Positions 9,801 to 18,445 of a stretch of 64,000 bases of DNA are shown one piece after another (the stretch's first letter is position 1; every line of letters begins with the position of its first letter). Source of the DNA: an uncultured Gemmatimonadales bacterium (GTDB lineage Bacteria > Gemmatimonadota > Gemmatimonadetes > Gemmatimonadales > GWC2-71-9); NCBI GenBank assembly GCA_963825055.1, contig CAWGSK010000012.1, forward strand, positions 256,001-320,000, in the 5' to 3' direction. Below the pieces are notes generated by a model. That model was not told the origin of the DNA, did no database searches, and worked only from the letters and a program-made list of their open reading frames with translations. The position numbers and the translations under genes are program-made.

Positions 9801-10341
9801 GCCGGCGCTCCGTGCTGTGTTTCCGGTCGCGATACAGCCCGATGCCCGCGGCTTCCTCGAACAGGCTGCGGCGCTCTTCGGCCCGGTCGCTCAGGAGCAG
9901 GTCAATCATCTTCGCCTCGATGACCACACCCGCGTCACTGCCGAGGCCGGTACCGCGCAGCAGATCCTGGATGTCGCGCAACCGCGCCGCGCTCCGGTTC
10001 AGGAGGTAGTCGCTCTGGCCCGAGCGGGAGAGGCGGCGGGTGATGACCACTTCCTGGTAGGGGACCGGGAGCTGGCCGTCGCTGTTGTCGAGAAAGAGGG
10101 AGACCTCGGTCACGTTGACCGGGCGGCGCGAGGCAGCGCCCTGGAAGATCACGTCCTCCATCTTGCTGCCGCGCAGCAGGCGGGCTGACTGCTCGCCCAG
10201 GACCCAGCGTACGGCGTCCGAGACGTTCGACTTGCCGCAGCCGTTCGGGCCCACGATGGCGGTCACACCGTCGCCGAAATCCAGCGTAACGGTATCGGCG
10301 AACGACTTGAAGCCGGAAAGTTCCAGCCGCGAGAGCTTCAT
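6865..10341 (-). CDS. smc: Chromosome segregation protein SMC
   Basis: GFKSF, IVGPNGCGKSN Walker A, long coiled coils with hinge, LSSGE signature, FCLMDEVDAPLD Walker B, ITH. Confidence 0.97.
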   Translation of the reverse strand: MKLSRLELSGFKSFADTVTLDFGDGVTAIVGPNGCGKSNVSDAVRWVLGEQSARLLRGSKMEDVIFQGAASRRPVNVTEVSLFLDNSDGQLPVPYQEVVITRRLSRSGQSDYLLNRSAARLRDIQDLLRGTGLGSDAGVVIEAKMIDLLLSDRAEERRSLFEEAAGIGLYRDRKHSTERRLEETAQDLQRVEDLIAEVQSQIRSLARQKGKAERHVKLTEEKFAVQLTLARRLLDDLEEQLGTIRARREELGAILPETREQLAGLEHRREDAARTRGSVESRRTDLGRRLAEARVELGRLDGDLALAAERLSHAASRKLRATDERQGMEERQQQAAREQERAREEREAAVAERETIERELASRSTAEDGVRTRLSEQRTALRSMEEELQRQVQTLRSLEGERTALESDLASLRERVGHISARRSTLESDLQNATARRNEAAESAERLTATARRAVADAEQARHLLGEFRRQEAHDRGSLREAQELAAQLDARRHALEELERDRVGLAPGAAALLAAKDRFGGAVLGPLSDYLNTSRQDAELAERLLGEWVHAVLVRDTGAVADIRRWHAEAQPGAIVLLPVNPGPAGTTGQNPLGDRLRAEGPAVDWVRALLGGSETIEGDGHALRRANGSILLAGAPAPSGPLRRRAELQSLTDDVAQAGQRRAAAEATLQETLAKLADAETGVERTAAAAEEARGEERLGVAAREDAARLAQNLERELQEATAQLATLTERAEKSERRLSEIDEALTDGSLARARLEEQLGEARGALSELEREQESAREERVHWQVQSGQIAARLQALDERLERAETTGAEALRQAEALAAELDRLGLDAGALEEQQQQWKESRAERQVALLEFEAASADAEQELARADDTLTAVESELSASRHTLEALNEEHHRLELEVAESNARRRSIVERVEAEWKKPIDALFAEAPMLDLDLETLQAESERIVAGLEQIGLVNPLAVEEHAEEVKRLDFLTTQRDDLVAGRQSLQQAIREIDGTARTMFLETFEAIQDNFSEVFQTLFGGGECALRLANPDDPLESEIDIHAAPRGKRTQRIHLLSSGERTLVATSLLFSIYLSKPSPFCLMDEVDAPLDDSNVGRFTRLLEEFKADTQFIVITHNPRTMQSADAVYGVTMQEPGVSSIVGVRLHEHEDVNV

Positions 10342-10389
10342 GCGTGCTGTCCTGGGGTCGTGCGGCGTTCGGGGTCGGGACGGGAAATA

Positions 10390-11766
10390 CTACTCCCCGT
10401 CAGGCTGATAGATGAAGAAGGGCCGGCCCAGCCGGCGCCCGGCCTGTTCGGCCAGGTTGCGCGTGGGGTAGGGACCCAGCACCACGCGGTTGCCATCGTC
10501 GACACCGCGCGGCGGCAGCACCTTGGCGGGCAGTCCCGCCTCCCGGAGCTTCCGTGCGAGATCCTCTGCCCAGTCGGGATTGCGCGAGCTGCTGACCTGG
10601 AGGTACACCGGTGAGCCCGACTCGGCGGTAGTGTCCGCCACGGCCGTGTCGCCGGTGATGGCGCGAGTCGTGGTGCCGTCATCCGGCTGCCAGGCGAGCG
10701 GCACCCAGCGGTCGGACGCTCCACCCTGGACCCGGCCCACCTCCTGCCAGGGTTCCTGGCTCAGGTCATAGCCGACCACATCACCGCCTTCGGCGGTGAG
10801 CAGGATCCCGCCGCCCACGACGGCCGGCAGGGTGGGTCCCCATCCCGTGCGGACCGTGCCCGCGACCTTCCCGCCGATGGCGTCCACGATCCAGGCGGTG
10901 TCCTTTGCGGTCGAGCGAATCAACAGCCAGTCCCCGTAGGCGTCAGTGCGCAACTCCGCGGGCTCGCCGGGGAGCTTCAGCTCGTCGAGCTCGTCGTCGT
11001 TGAACCGGTCGATGATGGCGAGGGGCTTCTCCCGGCGCAGGACGTAGAGCCGGTGGCCGCTCGGCGAGAAGGCAACATCGATGACGTGGCCCGACATCTT
11101 CATGCTCCGGACGGGCGGATCCTGAGCCGGATCGTACAACACCACGGCCGTATCGGCGGCCACGGCGACCAGGTCACCCCAGAAGGTGGCGGCTGTGGGG
11201 CCGTCCGGGATCGGTTCGGTGTGGATCGGCTGGTCCCCACTCAGCCGGACGATGGCCGGGACGTCGCCCCCGGTCACGACCAGGAGCTCGTTTCCCAGGC
11301 CCCCGAAGAGTACCGAAGGCCGGGCGGGGAGGGGGTCAGTGAACCGGCTGGTGGCCCGATGGGCCACTTCCAGCACGCGGTTGCTGTCGCTCACCGCGTA
11401 GAGGGTGCCGTCCGGCCCGACCGTCCCGCTCCGGACCTTGGGGAAGAGAGTGCGGACGCTCCGGCTCTCGAGGTCCAGCGCGAGCACCTGGTCCCGGTCG
11501 CCCAGCAGGTAGACCAGCCGGTCATCGATGCTCACGCCGAGGACGGAGGCGATATCCGGCAGCTTCTCGCGGAGGGCCCAGTCGTCCTCGGTCAGGTCCG
11601 GGATCCGGTACAGGGACGGCTTGCCGCCCCCGGTGGGGACCCGGAGGACGCTCGCGCGCTCGACCGGGCTCTCCTCGCGGATCCGGTCGGAGAGGCCCTT
11701 TGGGGTGCGATGACACGCAGAGAGGACGAGCGCCAGAAGCGCGCAGGCGTAGAGGGACCGTGGCAC
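10390..11766 (-). CDS. Lipoprotein with beta-propeller-like region and C-terminal SPOR domain
   Basis: Lipobox LSAC; VIDVAFSPSGHRLYV blades; C-terminal VYLQVSSSRN..WA..L..KL..AG...RVVLGPY; start taken at GTG 11766. Confidence 0.75.
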   Translation of the reverse strand: MPRSLYACALLALVLSACHRTPKGLSDRIREESPVERASVLRVPTGGGKPSLYRIPDLTEDDWALREKLPDIASVLGVSIDDRLVYLLGDRDQVLALDLESRSVRTLFPKVRSGTVGPDGTLYAVSDSNRVLEVAHRATSRFTDPLPARPSVLFGGLGNELLVVTGGDVPAIVRLSGDQPIHTEPIPDGPTAATFWGDLVAVAADTAVVLYDPAQDPPVRSMKMSGHVIDVAFSPSGHRLYVLRREKPLAIIDRFNDDELDELKLPGEPAELRTDAYGDWLLIRSTAKDTAWIVDAIGGKVAGTVRTGWGPTLPAVVGGGILLTAEGGDVVGYDLSQEPWQEVGRVQGGASDRWVPLAWQPDDGTTTRAITGDTAVADTTAESGSPVYLQVSSSRNPDWAEDLARKLREAGLPAKVLPPRGVDDGNRVVLGPYPTRNLAEQAGRRLGRPFFIYQPDGE

Positions 11767-11798
11767 GGGGGGAAAGTAACGGGGGGAGGGCGCCACCC

Positions 11799-11865
11799 GT
11801 AGGGGCGGGTCTGGACAGGCGGACGGGCGGTCAGGCGGACGGTAGGGGCGGGTCTTGACCCGCCC
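11799..11865 (+). repeat. GTAG-type REP-like hairpin plus partial direct copy, separated by an octamer array (RGGCGGAC)
   Basis: 11842-11865 GTAG-GGGCGGGTC-TT-GACCCGCCC perfect 9-bp stem; 14-nt copy GTAGGGGCGGGTCT at 11799-11812; between them ggac aggcggac gggcggtc aggcggac. Confidence 0.7.
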
Positions 11866-11928
11866 CCGCCCGCGCGGCGAGTCACACCATCCACGGCAGT
11901 CATTTGACCATGGTGGGCTATGGCTTAA

Positions 11929-11961
11929 CCGCGAAGGAGGCGAAGAGCGCGAAGCACAGAG
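11929..11961 (+). repeat. Nonamer tandem repeat (CGCGAAGNN x3)
   Basis: aac cgcgaagga ggcgaagag cgcgaagca cagag. Confidence 0.55.
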
Positions 11962-11966
11962 TCAGA

Positions 11967-11994
11967 TTGACAGCGACCCGGCTATCGGTACACT
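11967..11994 (+). promoter_or_regulatory. Putative sigma70 promoter for the 12069 ORF
   Basis: TTGACA-16 nt-TACACT. Confidence 0.5.
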
Positions 11995-12068
11995 GATCTC
12001 AATCCTGCACCGGTTGGTCCCCACAAGTTTGTGACTTTGCAGGCGCGTTCACCCGCGCTGCTGAGGTT

Positions 12069-12437
12069 ATGAAGTTGATATACGCCAGGTGGCATACAGA
12101 GATCGGGGAGAAGGGTCTCAAGCTCTTCATCGCTCGGGTGTTCTATTGGTTCTCACTGAGTTCAACCGCCGAGAGAGAACTCGACGTGGTCACCCATCTT
12201 CTGGAACTCGATGACCATGGAGTCGTGCGGAGAACCGTGGGTCTGGACGCGGCTGGCATTCCAGCCACCGTCGGGGGGGCGGGTGGGCACCGGCAGTCAC
12301 CCTTTGTTGGCGAGACCTTCCCTGTTGACCCGCAAGAGTTGATCCCACCGGCCAAGTTGATCGGGAGAGAAGAATTCCAAGCTGCATGGAGGGCCGCGAT
12401 ATCAGATCGAACCGGACGAGTTCACCTGGGCGGGTGA
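12069..12437 (+). CDS. Hypothetical protein (orphan, lower GC)
   Basis: GAGG RBS + ATG, upstream promoter, 122 aa; only ORF filling the gap; C-terminal I.REEF..AW. Confidence 0.6.
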   Translation: MKLIYARWHTEIGEKGLKLFIARVFYWFSLSSTAERELDVVTHLLELDDHGVVRRTVGLDAAGIPATVGGAGGHRQSPFVGETFPVDPQELIPPAKLIGREEFQAAWRAAISDRTGRVHLGG

Positions 12438-12469
12438 TTGGTGCTGGGGGTGAGAATGGCCGCTGACAA

Positions 12470-12559
12470 GTGAGTAGTGCTTCAGGGCGAGCGTCACCCG
12501 AGTGGGTTCGGCCCCATCCCTGATTCACTACTCACTACTCACTACTCACTACTCACTGC
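12470..12559. repeat. Inverted heptamer arrays, family C (GTGAGTA / TCACTAC x5)
   Basis: 12470-12479 gtgagtagtg; 12525-12559 tcactac x4 + tcactgc; inner tcaggg/ccctga extends the stem. Confidence 0.9.
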
Positions 12560-12563
12560 TTCT

Positions 12564-15500
12564 CTAGAACGTCGGCCCGAGGCTCAGCGTCCAGAGGCTG
12601 TTCACGCCATCGCGGTTGAGCGGGTTCGACCAGTCCAGCCGCAGGATCAGGATGCCCAGCACGTTCATCCGGATCGACGCGCCGATGGTCTGCATCGGGG
12701 TGCGGACCGTGACGGGGCTGTCGCCCGGGTCGCGGCTGAACTTGAGCGTGTTGCCACTCCGCCATGCCATGCCCACGTCATAGAACAGGGCGCCTTCGAT
12801 CGGCGGGAAGCCGATCGGCACGAACCCGAGCGACGCGTTCAGCAGCGGGAACCGGAGCTCGGCGCTGGCCAGTGCGATTTGCGTTCCTACGAGGCGGTCG
12901 AGGGCAGCGCAGCCGGTCTGGGTGCCGATGTCGTTGGAGTTCAGGCACTCGTTCCGCCGGTAGGAGCCGGAGGTGTTTCCACGGAGCAGCTCGGTGCTGC
13001 CGAGGAAGACCTGGAACTGGTCCGCGTCGCGTCCCAACCGGCCGAAATAGAGCGCGCGGGTGGCGAACGTGAACGGCCCGAAGAGATGGTCGTAACGGCG
13101 ATAGTCGGCCGTGGCCTGGGTGAAGGTCCAGCCGCCGATCGTCTGGGCCAGCTCGAAGCGGGAGCGCCGTCCGAGCAGGGGTCCGGTGTAGCCAAAGATG
13201 GTGTTGTCGTGCACCAGCGCGACCGACGGCTCGGCGTAGGTGACGTTGTTGAGCCCCTGCTCGTCCAGGGTCGCCTGGCGCGTGGCGAAGCCGGTGCCCG
13301 GGTCGTACGGCTCGAGGATGCTGAGCCGGGCGTCGTCTACGTTTGCCACCCGGACCCCCGCCTCGATCCGGCGGAAGCGGTTGATGGGATAGTATGCCTG
13401 TCCGAACGCCGAGCGGATCACCAGCCGGCGGATGTTGGTGACGAGGGTGTTCTCAGTGGACGTCGGCTCCCCCGGACGAATCTCGCTTGGCTCCAGGAAG
13501 AAGTAGGGGTCCTGCGAGACGCCGGTGATCCAGTTGACCCGCTTCTCCTGGTTGAGGTATGCGGCCAGGATCTGCGACTCGGTGAGGCGTCCGTTGACGT
13601 AGCCCGAAAAGATGAGCGTGTGGTTGTTGAGGATATCGCTCAGGGCGATGGTCGTGCCACCGAAGAACCCGTTCCCGAACGTGTCACGCGTGTAGCCGAT
13701 GGACGGTCGCGCGATGTAGTCCGGCGTCAGCTTGACGTTATAGTCCCGGATGGTGAACTCGCTCGTGTCCGGGAGATTGAGCGACGTGCTGTCCAGCAGG
13801 GCCTGGATCGAGACCGGGTTCGGGAGCAGGGAATCGATGCCGGTCCGGGTGGAGTCCGACTCGCGGAACCCGCTGGGCGTACGGTAGACCGACCCGCCCT
13901 GGCGCACCGCCCCCGACGCCTCCCCGGTGTCCGCCGGCGCAGCGCGGGGGACGTCCGGCGCAACCGCGGCGAGCTGATTGGGCCGCTCCTCCACCGGGCG
14001 CGGGGGGTGCGCGTACGACCGCGGGTTGGAAAGGGTGTAGACGTCGTAGTTCGAGTCCTCGTAGTACACGAAGGCCAGACGGTCGACGTCGCGGGCCCAG
14101 CTCAGGACCGGGGCGAGCGGGATGATACCCTGGACGCCCGTGTAGAAGTTCGTGATCTGGCTCAGCGACCGGTTGGTGAGGTCGTACATGTAGATGTTGC
14201 TGACGCCGTCCCGGTCGGACACGAACGCAATCTGGTTCCCGTCGGGCGACCACTGCGGGCTCGAGTTGCGGCCCTGCATCTGGTCCAGCACCTCGACGTT
14301 GCCGCTGTCCAGGTGATAGAGCGCGATCCGGAAGTTGCCGTACTTGAGCTGGTCGAAGTTGGTTTCCGGGCCCCGGTCGGTGCTGAAGGCAATGGTCTTC
14401 CCGTCCGGCGACCAGACCGGATGGAAGGCAGCGTACTTGTCGTTGGTGAGGCGCTGGAGGTCGGACCCGTCCTGGTTCACGACGAAAAGGTCCGAGAGCC
14501 CGCCGTCATATCCGGTGAAGACGATGCGGGTTCCGTCGGGGCTCCAGCTCGGCGTGGTGACCCCGTCCAGCGGGACCTTGATGCGGCCGATCTCGTCCTT
14601 CTTGTCCACGTCGACGATGACGATGTCGTCCCGCGGGCCGCTCTTGGCGGCGAGGACGAGGCGGCGCCCGTCCGGCGCGAAGTCAACGCCGGAGTTGATG
14701 AACCGGAAGGTTTCGTAGTTGGCGCTGAAGGAGGACTTGAGCAGCCGACCCTCCACCCGGCCCGTGTTGCCATCCGCCAGGTAGAGGTCGATGAAGTAGG
14801 TGTTCTTCTCGCTGAAGTACGCGACCTTCGACCCGTCCGGGGAGAGGGCCGGGGCCAGGTGCACGGTCCCGTCCGAACGCTTCTCGGTCAGCAGCTCGCT
14901 GGCCACGGTGCGCGCCTTGACGCGGTCGCCGATCTGGGGCAGGTACTTCTTCTGGACGGCGTCCCGCCACTGGTCGGAAAGCTGATCGAAGTTGAGCCCG
15001 ATCACCCGCCGGAAGGCACCTTCGAGGCTCCCGCTGACGCTGCTGTTCAGGATGGCGCCGATCGCCTCGTCCCCCCATCGCTCGCCGATATAGGCGAGGA
15101 TGGCGTGGCCGAAGCGGTACGGGAAAATTCGCGGGTCGTACGTCAGCTGCTCGATGGTGGGGAGGTCGCCCTCGAGGGCGGCGTCCCGGAGCCACATGGC
15201 GGTATTCGCATCGATCCGGCCCAGGGAGAGGTACTCCGCCATCCCCTCCACGAACCAGCCCGGCGGCCGGAGCTGGATGATGGTCTGGATGCCGGCCCCG
15301 GCCTTGCCACGGCTCCAGATGTCGTACTGAAACTGGTGGACCATCTCGTGCGTGAGCACGTGGTCGAAGTCGGCGTAGGAGCCGGTGAACGGCAGGATGT
15401 TCCGCTGCTTGAAGAAGTCGGTCTGCCCGCCCACACCCTCGGGAATGTCACTGATGTTGGTCTGCTGGAATTGCGAGTGTGACGCGTAGACGATGATCGG

Positions 15501-15746
15501 CTTCCGCTCGGTGAAGCGGTGGTTCAGCACCCGGGTGAGGCGCGCGTACGAGCGCTCGGCCATGCGGGCCGCATCCAGCGCAGCCGCCCGCTCCTCCGGG
15601 TAGAAGTAGACGTCGAAGTGCTCGGTCTGGATGATCTTGAAGTCGAAGGACTCGTAATGGACCTTGTTCTGCCCGAAGTACTGCGCGTGCAGCGCCGGCA
15701 GCGCCAGCGCGGACAGGATCAGGACCAGACCACCGATGCGTTTCAT
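12564..15746 (-). CDS. Omp85/BamA-family outer membrane protein with N-terminal gluzincin-like peptidase and PD40 (TolB-like) propeller
   Basis: Signal peptide then QYFGQNKV; HEMVH + WFVEGMAEY; repeated P.WSPDG..I.F; barrel with LRG, SAELRFP, LFYDVG, terminal LSLGPTF. Confidence 0.85.
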   Translation of the reverse strand: MKRIGGLVLILSALALPALHAQYFGQNKVHYESFDFKIIQTEHFDVYFYPEERAAALDAARMAERSYARLTRVLNHRFTERKPIIVYASHSQFQQTNISDIPEGVGGQTDFFKQRNILPFTGSYADFDHVLTHEMVHQFQYDIWSRGKAGAGIQTIIQLRPPGWFVEGMAEYLSLGRIDANTAMWLRDAALEGDLPTIEQLTYDPRIFPYRFGHAILAYIGERWGDEAIGAILNSSVSGSLEGAFRRVIGLNFDQLSDQWRDAVQKKYLPQIGDRVKARTVASELLTEKRSDGTVHLAPALSPDGSKVAYFSEKNTYFIDLYLADGNTGRVEGRLLKSSFSANYETFRFINSGVDFAPDGRRLVLAAKSGPRDDIVIVDVDKKDEIGRIKVPLDGVTTPSWSPDGTRIVFTGYDGGLSDLFVVNQDGSDLQRLTNDKYAAFHPVWSPDGKTIAFSTDRGPETNFDQLKYGNFRIALYHLDSGNVEVLDQMQGRNSSPQWSPDGNQIAFVSDRDGVSNIYMYDLTNRSLSQITNFYTGVQGIIPLAPVLSWARDVDRLAFVYYEDSNYDVYTLSNPRSYAHPPRPVEERPNQLAAVAPDVPRAAPADTGEASGAVRQGGSVYRTPSGFRESDSTRTGIDSLLPNPVSIQALLDSTSLNLPDTSEFTIRDYNVKLTPDYIARPSIGYTRDTFGNGFFGGTTIALSDILNNHTLIFSGYVNGRLTESQILAAYLNQEKRVNWITGVSQDPYFFLEPSEIRPGEPTSTENTLVTNIRRLVIRSAFGQAYYPINRFRRIEAGVRVANVDDARLSILEPYDPGTGFATRQATLDEQGLNNVTYAEPSVALVHDNTIFGYTGPLLGRRSRFELAQTIGGWTFTQATADYRRYDHLFGPFTFATRALYFGRLGRDADQFQVFLGSTELLRGNTSGSYRRNECLNSNDIGTQTGCAALDRLVGTQIALASAELRFPLLNASLGFVPIGFPPIEGALFYDVGMAWRSGNTLKFSRDPGDSPVTVRTPMQTIGASIRMNVLGILILRLDWSNPLNRDGVNSLWTLSLGPTF

Positions 15747-15759
15747 GACCAACTCCCGC

Positions 15760-16086
15760 TTACGAACTGGCCAGCAGGGCGGGGGCATCGCCCCACAGTC
15801 GCTCAAGCTGGTAAAAGGCCCGGGTTTCCGGATGGAAGAGATGAATGACGAAGTCCACGTAGTCGAGCAGGACCCAGTGCCCGCCGGACAGCCCTTCCAC
15901 GTGATGGGTCCGGTGCCCGGCTTCACGGAGTGTTTCCATGACCGCCTCGGCGATGCCGCGGACGTGCGCGTCCGAAGTTCCCGAGGCGATGATGAAGTAG
16001 TCCGTGGCGTCGCTCACGTGACGCAGGTCCAGCACCCGGAGCTCCCGCGCCTTCCGATCTTCGATGGCCCGGACCGCCGTCGCCAC
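15760..16086 (-). CDS. rsfS: Ribosome silencing factor
   Basis: EDRKA..L.VLDL, TDYFIIASG.S..HV, EG...HWVLLDYVDFVIHLF..R.FYQLERLW. Confidence 0.93.
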   Translation of the reverse strand: MATAVRAIEDRKARELRVLDLRHVSDATDYFIIASGTSDAHVRGIAEAVMETLREAGHRTHHVEGLSGGHWVLLDYVDFVIHLFHPETRAFYQLERLWGDAPALLASS

Positions 16087-16157
16087 GAGGGCGGGCAGGG
16101 CCGGGGTTCCTTTCTGACTACGAGTGCCGCGTGTGATTGGTTGAGCTCCTCTCCCGC

Positions 16158-17987
16158 TCAGGCCGACTCCGCCGCGCCCGTCGCGGGGGTCTCGTCCTCC
16201 ACCTGGTAAAATACTCCCCAGGCTCCCTCGCCCACATGGGTCCCGATGACCCCCGTTGCCATGGACGTGAAGCAGTCCTGCGGCCGATAGGCCGCGACCA
16301 GGGCGTTGGCGACCCGCTCGGCGGTCTCGGGCGCCTCGGCGTGGACCACCCCGAAGCGTAACCGGCGCGGGCGGGGCGTCAGTTGCCGGTCCAGCAGTGC
16401 CAGCACCCTCGGGACCAGCTTGTCCCGCCCACGGACCCGGTCGACCGGCTGGATCGCCCCGTTCTCGTCCAGGGCCAGGATCGGCTTCACGTCCAGCATG
16501 CCCGCCAGCCAGGCCTTGCCCCGGGTCACCCGTCCCGAGCGGATGAGGTTGTCGAATCGGTCCACCGTGATCAGGCAGCCGGACTGCGCCCGGACCCGGC
16601 GCAGCTCATTGGCGATGTCCGCTGCCTTCCAGCCCTGCTCGGCGAGTTCTGCCCCCCGGAGCGCCAGCAGGCCGAGTCCCAGCGAAGCCGAGGCGCTGTC
16701 GACCAGGTGCACGCCGGTGAGGCTCGCCGCCTTCACCGCCGCCTGCGCCGACTGGAAGGTCCCCGAGAGACGGCTCGCGAGCAGCACCGCGACGATTTCC
16801 TCCGCTCCGGCCAGCGTGTCCCGGAAGACCCGCACGAACTCCGACGGGGCGGGCTGGCTGGTGGTGGGGAGCTCCTTCGCCAGCCGCATCCGGCGGTAGA
16901 AGTCGGCCGGCTTGAGCTCCACCCGGTCCTGAAACGTCTGGTCCCCGAAGACGATCTGGAGCGGCACGATGCTGATGTGATGCCGGTCCAGGGTGGTGTC
17001 GGGGAGATCTGCCGAGGAGTCCGCGACGATGCCGACCGCCCGCTTCTCCGGGTGGGTCAACTCCCGGTGCTGCGCCCGCATGTCATCGGCCTTCCGGAGT
17101 TCGACCTCGCCCCAGCGGGTCGCATAGGTAAAGACGGCCTCGGGCGTGTCCGTATGCACATGGACCTTGAGCAGGTCTCCCGCCACCACCACCACCAGGG
17201 AGCCGCCGAAGACCCGCATCGCCCGGCGAATCTCGTTGGCCGTGGGGAGCTGGTCCCCCCGAACCATGACCTCGGTGCAGAACTGGTAGTCACGTTCCGC
17301 ATCCACCTCCACCATCGCGGCGGGGGCCAGATCCGCCGCCGAGTAGCTGGTGGGCGCCGGCAGAATGGGGTCTCCGTGGATGAGGCGGACCACGCCTTCG
17401 AGCATCCGGACGAACCCCATCCCCCCGGCATCCACGACCCCCGCCTCCTTGAGGACGGCCATCAGCTCGGGGGTGCGGGCCAGCGCCTCGCGGCCCTCGG
17501 TCAGGAGCCGCCGCATGAACACCTCGACGTCCCCCGTGTCGGCCGCGATGGCCTCCGCCGCGGCCGCGGCTTCGCGGGCCACCGTGAGGATCGTCCCCTC
17601 CTGGGGTTCGTCCAGGGCATCGTAGAGCTTGTCGGCCCCGCGCCGGATGGCCCGGGCGAGGTCTTCCGTGGAGGCCGTGTCCTGGTCCGCGAGCACCTCG
17701 GAGAACCCGAGGAGGAAGTGCGCCAGCATCATTCCCGAATTGCCGCGGGCGCCCAGGACGGCGCCGCGGCTCATGGCGGCGACGGTGGCGGAAAGCGGCG
17801 CGTCGCCGAGCGCCCGGAGGGCGTCGACGACGGCGCGGAGGGTGAGGCTGAAGTTTGTTCCGGTGTCCCCGTCCGGGACGGGGAACACGTTGATGCGGTT
17901 GATTTCCTCGCGGCCGGCGGCCACCCAGTCGGAGGCCGCGAACAGCGAACGGGCCAGCCTCGGCCCGTCGACGTACGCGATGCCCAC
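16158..17987 (-). CDS. DAK2 (FakA-like) + DegV (FakB-like) fusion protein
   Basis: INRINVFPVPDGDTGTN, GARGNSG, EGTILTV, VVDAGG, FCTE, KVHVHT; then ADSSADL, PTTSQP, LSGT, VDS, SGR, L.VKPIL, IGTHVGEGA. Confidence 0.9.
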   Translation of the reverse strand: MGIAYVDGPRLARSLFAASDWVAAGREEINRINVFPVPDGDTGTNFSLTLRAVVDALRALGDAPLSATVAAMSRGAVLGARGNSGMMLAHFLLGFSEVLADQDTASTEDLARAIRRGADKLYDALDEPQEGTILTVAREAAAAAEAIAADTGDVEVFMRRLLTEGREALARTPELMAVLKEAGVVDAGGMGFVRMLEGVVRLIHGDPILPAPTSYSAADLAPAAMVEVDAERDYQFCTEVMVRGDQLPTANEIRRAMRVFGGSLVVVVAGDLLKVHVHTDTPEAVFTYATRWGEVELRKADDMRAQHRELTHPEKRAVGIVADSSADLPDTTLDRHHISIVPLQIVFGDQTFQDRVELKPADFYRRMRLAKELPTTSQPAPSEFVRVFRDTLAGAEEIVAVLLASRLSGTFQSAQAAVKAASLTGVHLVDSASASLGLGLLALRGAELAEQGWKAADIANELRRVRAQSGCLITVDRFDNLIRSGRVTRGKAWLAGMLDVKPILALDENGAIQPVDRVRGRDKLVPRVLALLDRQLTPRPRRLRFGVVHAEAPETAERVANALVAAYRPQDCFTSMATGVIGTHVGEGAWGVFYQVEDETPATGAAESA

Positions 17988-17998
17988 CGGTGCCGTGG

Positions 17999-18445
17999 TT
18001 ATGCGGGCACCACCTTGACCTTCAGGTCCGCCGTGACTTCGGGGTGCAGCCGGATCGGCACCGTGTGCTCGCCCACGGTCTTGATGGGGTGGTCGAGCTC
18101 GATCTTGCGGCGATCCACCTCGACGCCCTTTTCCGCCAGCGCCGCGGCCAGGTCCTGGGCGGTGATGGAGCCGAAAAGCCGGTCGCCCTCGCCCGCCTTG
18201 CCCTCGATGGTGAGATCGATCGCGTTGATGCCCGCGGCCTGTGCCTCGGCGCCTTCTTTCTCGGCCGACAGCCGGACCGAACGGGCCTTCGTCTCGGCCT
18301 CGATCCGCTTCTTGTTTCCCGCGGTGGCCTCATAGGCCAGCCCTTGCGGGAGCAGGTAGTTTCGCGCATACCCCGGCTTCACCCTGACCATCTCGCCGGC
18401 CTTGCCGAGGAAGCGGACATCTTCCCGCAGAATCACTTCAGTCAT
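17999..18445 (-). CDS. rplI: 50S ribosomal protein L9
   Basis: VILREDV..LG..GE.V.VKPGYARNYLLP, LFGSIT, PIKTVG. Confidence 0.97.
   Translation of the reverse strand: MTEVILREDVRFLGKAGEMVRVKPGYARNYLLPQGLAYEATAGNKKRIEAETKARSVRLSAEKEGAEAQAAGINAIDLTIEGKAGEGDRLFGSITAQDLAAALAEKGVEVDRRKIELDHPIKTVGEHTVPIRLHPEVTADLKVKVVPA

Noticed and set aside
12477..15482. 1001-aa + strand ORF and other long antisense ORFs (5561-6703, 16383-18335, 21120-23384, 40571-43078, 44740-46824, 47336-49690)
   Set aside because: Shadow frames opposite well-supported genes, expected at high GC; no recognisable motifs.
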